Virus record (IMG/VR): IMGVR_UViG_3300028829_004719
Reading direction: 5' to 3' (one strand)
DNA length: 64,000 nucleotides
Origin: a virus
The notes under the pieces were generated by a model. It worked only from the letters and a program-made list of their open reading frames with translations, ran no database searches and had not been told where the DNA came from. This document shows positions 57,729 through 64,000 of this stretch, in pieces. The position numbers were made by a program, and so were the translations under genes. Numbering within the stretch: position 1 is the stretch's first letter; each line of letters begins with the position of its first letter.

Positions 57729-58970
57729 CTAGACCTCTGTTAAAATATTTTTGGCGTCGTTTTTCACGATGTTGTGAGGACGTCCATCGGTAGCCGTATA
57801 TCTCGCATTTTTTGGAATATTAAGATGGTTAAAGATAGTCCACGCTAGGTCTTCTGGCGATGTTTTACCGTCTTCTACATCATCGGCGTTCGGATTGGAT
57901 TGCCCTATTGTTCTACCCATTTCGTAGTTGTCGCAGGCGATCATCAAGGGTGCTAAGCGACCGAAATGGTCGCGGCCTGCGTTTCCATTGATTTTAGGAG
58001 TTCTGCCAAACTCCGAAGTAACGACCAACATAACACGTTTGTTCAGACTTCTCTGTTCTAATAGGTCTAAGATTTTACCTAAGTAATTATCTAGTTCTAC
58101 TTGACGACGCTCAAGACCTGTAACGATGTTATTATGCATATCCCATCCGCCGAGATTCAGCGTGACAAACTTAGACCCCGCTTGAATTAATCTAATTGAG
58201 GTTAATGCGTCCACACCAAACGAACTCCCCTTGAAGGCATCATATTGAGGATCTTGTTCAACTTTGAATGCTTTAGATGCGTCACCAAGTATGACATTGG
58301 TTGCTTGTTGTTGTAGTTCTTTCCAGTCTTTGGCTAATTGTTGATCCTTTGCTGCAAATTTATTGTCAATCATATTTAGAATTTGTAGTCTCTTTCTAAA
58401 ATCTGCACTATTGCCTAAAAGCTGCAAATCCCTTCTACCTTGACGTGTAGCATCATACCCAGCATACTTACCACCAAGCCACGCAGCATCGTCATGAGCA
58501 AACTGACCAACCTTAACATATGTGGGCAAACCATTCTCTGTATTTGTTCCATGATGCACACTCATCATGCTGCCATAACTGGGCCATTTAGAGGTTGTGC
58601 CTGCACCAAAATTAGCTTCACCCGTAACCACCCAATGAGTCGCACTGGCATGGTTAGCATCTCTGTGGCCGAAACCTCTAGCAATTGCCACTTTGTCTGT
58701 GCGTTTTGCCAATTCTTTAAAAAGACCCCCAATCTGAATGCCTCCAACATTCGTAGATATAGCACCTGTTGTTGATCTTCTTTCAACCGGAGCGAGAGGA
58801 ATAGGATTAAACGTTTCAATGTGTGTTGCACCGCCAGATAGAAACAAAAAGAGGACGGCGGTATCGTCTTCATCTATATCGTCTGCATAACTTGCTGTGA
58901 TGTTACCTTGGGCTATACATGCACCCCCAAGAAAACTTGCTCCATATTTAAAAAGGTCTCGTCTTTTCAT
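57729..58970 (-). CDS. DUF1501-family protein with twin-arginine signal
   Basis: MKRRDLFK Tat motif; FLFLSGGATHIETFNP, GGWDMH, VTSEFGRTPKIN..AGRDH. Confidence 0.9.
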   Translation of the reverse strand: MKRRDLFKYGASFLGGACIAQGNITASYADDIDEDDTAVLFLFLSGGATHIETFNPIPLAPVERRSTTGAISTNVGGIQIGGLFKELAKRTDKVAIARGFGHRDANHASATHWVVTGEANFGAGTTSKWPSYGSMMSVHHGTNTENGLPTYVKVGQFAHDDAAWLGGKYAGYDATRQGRRDLQLLGNSADFRKRLQILNMIDNKFAAKDQQLAKDWKELQQQATNVILGDASKAFKVEQDPQYDAFKGSSFGVDALTSIRLIQAGSKFVTLNLGGWDMHNNIVTGLERRQVELDNYLGKILDLLEQRSLNKRVMLVVTSEFGRTPKINGNAGRDHFGRLAPLMIACDNYEMGRTIGQSNPNADDVEDGKTSPEDLAWTIFNHLNIPKNARYTATDGRPHNIVKNDAKNILTEV

Positions 58971-59413
58971 CTAAACCATCCCCTTCTAATTGTCTTTTTT
59001 TTCTTATTATGATCGTCATCGTGTAACTTTTGAAGTTCGTCTGTTGACAAGGTATTTAAATACGATTTATCAAATCCATGATTAGCACCGTTAAGGTGAT
59101 ATATTAAATCTATTCTGTTTTGCACTTTGTTCCAACTACCGTTTACATTCCAGCGAGGATTGTAGCGTCCGTTTTCGTAAAGGTTTTTTAGGGGCTTTTT
59201 TTCAATAAGCTCAGACGGAAGTGGCGAATTGAAAGTTTCCATCATTTCTTTTTGGGTTTTCTCATCTACCTCGTCTACATTCCATAATTTAATGTCATCA
59301 TATGAGGATGTGAGGCACTTTTTAGGTTTGCACTTGGTGAATAAGGATAGAAATCCCGATGATGCAACAATCCCTAATCCTACTACTGATTGCAAGAAGG
59401 CTCTTCTTTCCAT
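58967..59413 (-). CDS. Tat-exported protein with His-rich domain
   Basis: MERRAFLQ Tat motif; RWNV...HL...HG...LSTDELQKLHDDDH; ends RRGWFR. Confidence 0.75.
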   Translation of the reverse strand: MERRAFLQSVVGLGIVASSGFLSLFTKCKPKKCLTSSYDDIKLWNVDEVDEKTQKEMMETFNSPLPSELIEKKPLKNLYENGRYNPRWNVNGSWNKVQNRIDLIYHLNGANHGFDKSYLNTLSTDELQKLHDDDHNKKKKTIRRGWFR

Positions 59414-59416
59414 AAT

Positions 59417-59629
59417 CTATTCTACAATCATGGGAAAAGGTTCAACATTATGACTAGGACTAGACGGAACAGGAACTTCCTGTTTTTGAATCAAAATAGG
59501 AACATATCGCAAATATTCCCAAACCAAGTAACCCGATAAAGCAAGTGTAGTGGCTACAAAAAATCCTAAAAAAAAGTTTCTCACAAGTTTTCCCCTTCTG
59601 ATTGATGTTAGATATAAATATATACGCAA
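59417..59629 (-). CDS. Small membrane protein
   Basis: FFLGFFVATTLALSGYLVW. Confidence 0.6.
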   Translation of the reverse strand: MRIYLYLTSIRRGKLVRNFFLGFFVATTLALSGYLVWEYLRYVPILIQKQEVPVPSSPSHNVEPFPMIVE

Positions 59630-59630
59630 T

Positions 59631-60080
59631 TTATATTTTCGACAAACAGTCTTTCATTAAATCTTCTGAACTAGTATATTTTTTTATTCGACATATATCT
59701 TTTATCAGACTTTTAGCAGTTTTTGAATCGAACCCAAGATTTTTTAATCCTGCTACAACATCTTTGATAATGTTGGAATCTGTTTTAATCTCTGGTCGAG
59801 GTGTAGACTTGGAGGGGTTCTTACGCTGGACGGGTTTTTCGCGATATACAATCTTTTCTTTATATACAGGCTTGTCGCGATATACAATCTTTTCTTTGTA
59901 TATAGGTTTCTGGCGATATGTAGTTGTTTTTACTGGTAGATAAGTGCATTCTTCTGTTCTTTCATATTTTAGACTCATATTCTGCACTGCCGGGGCTAAT
60001 AATCTAAACAAAAACGCAATTCCAAAAGCAGTGCAAAAGACTAAAAACAAAAACGGATCAGACTGACCTACATTACTCAT
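59631..60080 (-). CDS. Membrane protein with short repeats and a RuvA-CTD-like C-terminus
   Basis: TM helix, KEKIVYR(D/E)KPV twice, DVVAGLKNLGF. Confidence 0.6.
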   Translation of the reverse strand: MSNVGQSDPFLFLVFCTAFGIAFLFRLLAPAVQNMSLKYERTEECTYLPVKTTTYRQKPIYKEKIVYRDKPVYKEKIVYREKPVQRKNPSKSTPRPEIKTDSNIIKDVVAGLKNLGFDSKTAKSLIKDICRIKKYTSSEDLMKDCLSKI

Positions 60081-60119
60081 ATATTTATCTCTTGAATGAA
60101 CTAAACTTGATCGTAATTA

Positions 60120-60341
60120 TTATACAGTCTTATTCTTGATTGTCAATCCTTTATTTTGAAGTTTTCTTATTTCATCCTCTAGTTTAAACGTTTCCTTCTC
60201 CAGCTTTTTCTTTTCTATATTATCGGATTTTCGCTTCAAAGACTTAATCTTGTTTATCTTTTTTTTTCTTAGTTGTTTTTTAGACTTTTTCTTTCCTCTT
60301 GCGAGATCTTTCTTTTGTTTAGATTTGTTTGGTTTTTGCAT
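60120..60341 (-). CDS. Small Lys-rich protein
   Basis: 73 aa, very basic, GGAA SD. Confidence 0.55.
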   Translation of the reverse strand: MQKPNKSKQKKDLARGKKKSKKQLRKKKINKIKSLKRKSDNIEKKKLEKETFKLEDEIRKLQNKGLTIKNKTV

Positions 60342-60381
60342 GGTTTTTCCTATTCAAACACGATCAATCCTACTAGAACAG

Positions 60382-60540
60382 CTTAGACACTGGTATAAAA
60401 ATGCAGGCTCACGAGTTCCTGCTTGCCCCTTGAACTGAACCACGGCTGGCCTATTTAAAGATCTAAGTCTACCGTAGTGGGGTAATTGCAAGAGGGGTTG
60501 TCTCGTTTGGATACTTCATGTCCCAGCAACGAACCCCTCC
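60382..60540 (-). ncRNA. Unassigned structured RNA or leader
   Basis: Three GC-rich hairpins plus a potential 7-bp pseudoknot in a 210-nt intergenic gap. Confidence 0.65.
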
Positions 60541-60551
60541 AAATAAATAAC

Positions 60552-60740
60552 TTAATTAAAATCAGACTCTTTAAGTTTTCTTATTAATTTTTTTTTATTT
60601 TTTACTAACTTTTTTTTACGTTTATTAATCTCTCGTAACTCCGATGAATCCAACTCTACATTGTAAGCTCTTTCCTGTAATAGATCAAGTCTGTCTTCAA
60701 TGTTATTAATTTGTTTTACGATAGACGGTCTGTTTTGCAT
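60552..60740 (-). CDS. Hypothetical protein
   Basis: 62 aa coiled-coil, basic ORF. Confidence 0.55.
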   Translation of the reverse strand: MQNRPSIVKQINNIEDRLDLLQERAYNVELDSSELREINKRKKKLVKNKKKLIRKLKESDFN

Positions 60741-60754
60741 AATAAAAAAAGAAA

Positions 60755-60785
60755 TAGAACAACCGACGTGACATCAGCTGTTCTA
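60755..60785 (-). terminator. Intrinsic terminator after ssb
   Basis: TAGAACAGCTGA/TCGGTTGTTCTA stem then TTTCTTTTTTT on the minus strand. Confidence 0.8.
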
Positions 60786-60797
60786 CTTTTAAGCTCC

Positions 60798-61139
60798 TTA
60801 AAAGGTTTCAGTCTCAGTACGTTTTGGTTTAACTACTTTTGAAAAGGTGACCGGCGTGATCGAATAGCTAATACGTTTAACTCCATTATTATCTTCCCAG
60901 TCACGTTGACGTAATCGCCCATCAACAATCACACGATCACCTTTAACCAAGTTTACATTTTTTGCATAGTCTGAATGACTACCCCAACCATCTACGTCAA
61001 GATAGACAGTTTCTTCTTTGTCCTTACCAACGTACTCATTAACAGCAATTCGAAAACTTACAAGATTAGAATCTGAAATACTTTTGTATTCTGGATCTTT
61101 TGTTAGATTTCCTTTAAAACGAACTTCATTATTTCTCAT
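60798..61139 (-). CDS. ssb: Single-stranded DNA-binding protein
   Basis: NEVRFKGNLTKDPE, FRIAVN, KGDRVIVDGRLRQRDWED..G.KR. Confidence 0.93.
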   Translation of the reverse strand: MRNNEVRFKGNLTKDPEYKSISDSNLVSFRIAVNEYVGKDKEETVYLDVDGWGSHSDYAKNVNLVKGDRVIVDGRLRQRDWEDNNGVKRISYSITPVTFSKVVKPKRTETETF

Positions 61140-61155
61140 TATAAACCCCCTAAAA

Positions 61156-61389
61156 TTAGTTATTTGTAGTAGTAGAAGAACATTTTCTACGATTCAAAGC
61201 CTTACGAGTTAAACCTCTAGCACGATCTACGCCGCCTTCTGCACGAAGTAGACTGCGTACCTGTCCACCAGAGTCAGTACCTGCGTGATACGAATAAAAC
61301 TCCGAGCCACTTAGATTTCCCATAGCAAACTGTTGTGCAAGGGATACGTTTTGACGATCCTTAAGAATCGAATTCCAATCAGTAGTCAT
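61156..61389 (-). CDS. Hypothetical protein
   Basis: 77 aa ORF with GGAG SD. Confidence 0.65.
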   Translation of the reverse strand: MTTDWNSILKDRQNVSLAQQFAMGNLSGSEFYSYHAGTDSGGQVRSLLRAEGGVDRARGLTRKALNRRKCSSTTTNN

Positions 61390-61812
61390 TTAAGACTCTC
61401 CTTTCAAAGAAACACTTACTAATTTATGCGGACAATTATACATATTGTCACACAGTTTCGACTTTTTAAAAGTTCCCATGTATAATACTACATGAGTTGA
61501 AGACGTTTTAACTTTGCTGAACTCTCCCATTCCATACGCTTGGATAAAATCCCTTCCAACTTTATCTACTTTAAATCTACCATAAGACCCCATATAAACT
61601 TTTTCTTTTGTAGAAGGGTCTTCCCAATAAGGACCATTCCCATGTACGGATCTTACAATATCTCCTTTCTTTAATTCTTGCCAGTTATCAATTACGGATT
61701 TTACCTTCTTGTAAAAACAATGCCCACAATCGCACTCTGCTTTTCTTGCATGTAATTTATTTTTACACTCAGGACATGTTTTTAGTGGCGGGGTTCGTTT
61801 CTTATCAATCAT
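61390..61812 (-). CDS. Zn-ribbon protein
   Basis: CPEC...CDCG; strong GGAGAGG SD. Confidence 0.7.
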   Translation of the reverse strand: MIDKKRTPPLKTCPECKNKLHARKAECDCGHCFYKKVKSVIDNWQELKKGDIVRSVHGNGPYWEDPSTKEKVYMGSYGRFKVDKVGRDFIQAYGMGEFSKVKTSSTHVVLYMGTFKKSKLCDNMYNCPHKLVSVSLKGES

Positions 61813-61848
61813 TTTCCTCTCCTTAAGACACGCTTTGGTTTACATACC

Positions 61849-61877
61849 ATTATAGCATACTAATCAATATTTGTCAA
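61849..61877 (-). promoter_or_regulatory. Consensus sigma-70 promoter
   Basis: TTGACA-17 nt-TATAAT with TG extension on the minus strand. Confidence 0.9.
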
Positions 61878-61904
61878 CTTGTATATTATTTTTTTTCATA
61901 AAAA

Positions 61905-61925
61905 TCCGTTTTTTACAGAAACGGA
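61905..61925 (-). terminator. Terminator after the tmRNA-like gene
   Basis: TCCGTTT/AAACGGA stem then TTTTT. Confidence 0.7.
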
Positions 61926-61927
61926 AA

Positions 61928-62198
61928 GGGGTCTTGCGACTCACTACCGGACTACCGGCCAGAAAAACTGGTTATATTGGGTGATAAGGCATAACAACCT
62001 CAGACAGCTTACGCTGCCAATGCGAGACTTTCATCTGCAATTAACACACTACCCCAAGCGTATTTTACTTGGTAATCCGTCGATCATATGAGTTACATTC
62101 TCATATAAGTGTGCTTCTGGTGGACCTGCCGACATTCGAAAGTCGGGTCCATAACAAACTTCCATAACAACGTCTACAATCATATCTGGCAAAGCCAG
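61928..62198 (-). ncRNA. ssrA: Circularly permuted (two-piece) tmRNA-like gene, tag ADESLALAA
   Basis: GGAC-T-arm-CAGGTCC-ACCA (62150-62118) lies upstream of GATCGACGGATT and of TAATT-GCA GAT GAA AGT CTC GCA TTG GCA GCG TAA (62038-62009). Confidence 0.8.
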
Positions 62199-62201
62199 CT
62201 T

Positions 62202-62540
62202 TCATTCCCAGTGCATCTCATCATAGGTTCTAATCCTGTGACAATTAGAACATCTGATTTCACATTTGTCAATCTCCTTTTGGATACGTTCTGTCGAGAA
62301 TCGAGATCGTACCATTTTAGAGATTCCTTTTGTTTTCTTTTTAGGGTCTACATGGTCAAAATCTAGGCATTTCCAGTTGTCCTCACCGCAATCGACGCAC
62401 TTAGATGCTTTCTTAATATCATTTACATAGTCTCTAGCTTTGTTCAGCCTAGCCTTTTGACGAGCTTGATAAAGTTCCTTATTTTTTTGATAATGTTCCG
62501 CTTGAGCAAGTCTTTGCTTCTCTTTGTCTTTATATGGCAT
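62202..62540 (-). CDS. HNH endonuclease
   Basis: CVDCG...LDFDHVD...KCEIRCSNCHRIRT. Confidence 0.92.
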   Translation of the reverse strand: MPYKDKEKQRLAQAEHYQKNKELYQARQKARLNKARDYVNDIKKASKCVDCGEDNWKCLDFDHVDPKKKTKGISKMVRSRFSTERIQKEIDKCEIRCSNCHRIRTYDEMHWE

Positions 62541-62571
62541 AATAACTCCTTAATTAAATAGGTTATTATAC

Positions 62572-62578
62572 TATACAC
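62572..62578 (-). promoter_or_regulatory. GTGTATA motif (putative phage promoter)
   Basis: GTGTATAGTATAATAACC upstream of the HNH gene at 62202..62540. Confidence 0.6.
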
Positions 62579-62616
62579 ATTTTTTGGGTTTGAGTGCGAA
62601 ATTTCGCTCGAACCAA

Positions 62617-62690
62617 CGACTCTGACCGGATTCGAACCGGCAATCGCTGGATCGACAGTCCAGTGCATTGACCAATTATGCTACAGAGCC
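62617..62690 (-). tRNA. tRNA-Asp(GTC), CCA not encoded
   Basis: Full cloverleaf: GGCTCTG/CAGAGTC acceptor, CTGGA-CTGTCGA-TCCAG anticodon arm, GTTCGAATC T-loop, G73. Confidence 0.93.
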
Positions 62691-62693
62691 AAA

Positions 62694-62764
62694 AGCCACT
62701 ACGAGGAATCGAACCCCGAATAGCTGATTACAAATCAGCAGTTATACCGTTTAACTATAGTGGC
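62694..62764 (-). tRNA. tRNA-Thr(TGT), CCA not encoded
   Basis: GCCACTA/TAGTGGC acceptor, GCTGA-TTTGTAA-TCAGC anticodon arm, GTTCGATTC T-loop. Confidence 0.95.
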
Positions 62765-62771
62765 AAAAAAT

Positions 62772-62845
62772 TGAATGACGGGGTTTCCACCCGCGAATCT
62801 AGTGTTGTCCATCTGTCTAATCGCTCTAGGCTTCCGACTTCACTC
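62772..62845 (-). ncRNA. tRNA-sized, tRNA-like element
   Basis: GAGTGA/TCATTC terminal stem plus CGGG-TGGAAAC-CCCG T-arm-like hairpin; no canonical anticodon arm. Confidence 0.35.
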
Positions 62846-62858
62846 GCTTATGTATTTT

Positions 62859-62887
62859 ATTATACTGTACAAAATAACCTTTGTCAA
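62859..62887 (-). promoter_or_regulatory. Consensus sigma-70 promoter of the tRNA array
   Basis: TTGACA-17 nt-TATAAT on the minus strand. Confidence 0.9.
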
Positions 62888-63777
62888 TTTAAATCTTTAT
62901 ATTTTTCTAAATTTTGCATAACTTTGCCTACAATTTTATCAAAAGATTTGGAATTGTTTTGGTTTTTAAAATCGTTCAAACTATCTTTATAAACAAAAAG
63001 CTCCTTTGTAAAAAACTGACAAGGTTTGCCTCCAAGTACAGCGTTGTTACTATTCACATCAGATGCTCCTGTGGGATCTATAACATGAATATCCGTCTCT
63101 GCACAAGTTAATGCCAATAGAGTGGTTCCAGTTGATTGACCTATGAGTGATATACAATTTTCATTTTTAATTAGAGAAACGTAATCTTTCAATCTTTCTA
63201 AATAGTTAATTTTATTCATACTGCAAAAATCTTCGAACCCCTTACCTACTACATATATTGGTAGATGTTTCCTAAATTTATGAACAAACCTTTGAAATAA
63301 AGATATGTCTGTATTTCTGTTATCACACCAATCTCTTTTTCTCATAGCCAAGACTAAAAAAGCTTCTTGAGGATTGATACCTCTATTTATATCCCAACCA
63401 TTGCGAATCAAATCTCCGTCTTCCTTTTGTCTCACGTAATTACCTTGCGGATCTGCAAAAGTATCCTTACAGAAATGAAGATCTAAGTGATTAGCAGGCC
63501 AATCTCCTATAATTTCGTCTTTGTCTTTTTGAAAAGTGTTTAAAAACGCCTCATAACTTATTACGTTATCATAAAAACTAGTATATAAGAACATTCTATC
63601 TTTTATTGTTACAATAGCAACCTTAGAAGGGTCTAACATCCCCTTGTTATGCATAGCAATAACGTCAAATCTACTACCTACAACTTCCCATCCTAGCTCA
63701 AAATATTCATTAAGTTTGCCTGAGTCATTACGATGTGAGCCAGAAACCTCATTTTTGGAAACTATTAAGTATTTCAC
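62884..63777 (-). CDS. Hypothetical protein
   Basis: 297 aa ORF. Confidence 0.7.
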   Translation of the reverse strand: MKYLIVSKNEVSGSHRNDSGKLNEYFELGWEVVGSRFDVIAMHNKGMLDPSKVAIVTIKDRMFLYTSFYDNVISYEAFLNTFQKDKDEIIGDWPANHLDLHFCKDTFADPQGNYVRQKEDGDLIRNGWDINRGINPQEAFLVLAMRKRDWCDNRNTDISLFQRFVHKFRKHLPIYVVGKGFEDFCSMNKINYLERLKDYVSLIKNENCISLIGQSTGTTLLALTCAETDIHVIDPTGASDVNSNNAVLGGKPCQFFTKELFVYKDSLNDFKNQNNSKSFDKIVGKVMQNLEKYKDLN

Positions 63778-64000
63778 ACATTGTCCTTATTGATAATAAT
63801 GTCCTCGGTTTTAACCAAATTTGTTGGAGGAATCCCATTTACTGCAAAATCAACCTGTTCATCTAAAGGTAAGCTAAACTTTGCACAACGACCACAGTTT
63901 CTACGACCTGTATTGTCTCCGTGATTAATTGCAGAATGTTCTGCAAAATGTTGCACTGGAGACGGGTCCATGAACCACATAGATCTACCCATGCGATTCA
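63774..64000 (-). CDS. C-terminal part of an ORF entering from beyond the window
   Basis: Frame is open to the window edge (NRMGRSMWFMDPSPVQHF...); GTGA overlap with the next gene. Confidence 0.55.
   Translation of the reverse strand, partial: NRMGRSMWFMDPSPVQHFAEHSAINHGDNTGRRNCGRCAKFSLPLDEQVDFAVNGIPPTNLVKTEDIIINKDNV

Noticed and set aside
60348-60545. Assignment to pistol ribozyme, group I intron, tRNA-Sec, SRP or 6S RNA
   Set aside because: Only short coincidental words (TTAAATAG, GACTTAG) match; the required conserved cores and topology are absent.
61879-62366. Protein-coding ORFs 61879..62091 and 62109..62366 (+)
   Set aside because: They overlap the tmRNA-like gene and the HNH gene on the opposite strand and have no recognisable features.
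3065-63111. Plus-strand ORFs in the track (for example 3065..3394, 43201..43587, 52146..52517)
   Set aside because: All lie antisense to well-supported minus-strand genes or RNAs, lack SD sites or motifs, and read as shadow ORFs.
1-64000. CRISPR array or CRISPR-Cas system suggested by the Cas4-like gene
   Set aside because: No regularly spaced direct repeats and no cas1 or cas2 seen; stand-alone Cas4-like nucleases are common in phages.
1-64000. Stop-codon reassignment, as in some large phages
   Set aside because: Conserved genes are full length in code 11 and end in TAA, TAG or TGA; the frame breaks found are deletions or split genes, not in-frame stops.

Overview
A 64 kb segment of a large (probably jumbo) tailed dsDNA phage genome. 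Almost every gene lies on the minus strand, the genetic code is standard and the sequence is AT-rich. A Tat-signal DUF1501-like gene points to a Planctomycetota host (inference). Contents: an ExbB/MotA-like membrane module; two large glycan biosynthesis clusters; a replication and recombination block (DnaE in three pieces with a split intein, exonuclease, primase, DnaB, RecA with an intein, two SSBs); nucleotide metabolism genes (dNMP kinase, MazG-like, ThyX, NrdAB, PhoH); a sigma factor; a papain-like protease with an intein at its catalytic Cys; six free-standing homing-endonuclease-type genes (one frameshifted); tRNA-Asp and tRNA-Thr. The strongest leads are a circularly permuted (two-piece) tmRNA-like gene encoding the tag ADESLALAA, an unassigned structured RNA near 60.4-60.5 kb, the tripartite DnaE, the intein-gated protease, and an nrdA that lacks only its catalytic NLCxE loop. 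All family assignments come from motif recognition by eye; no database search was run.
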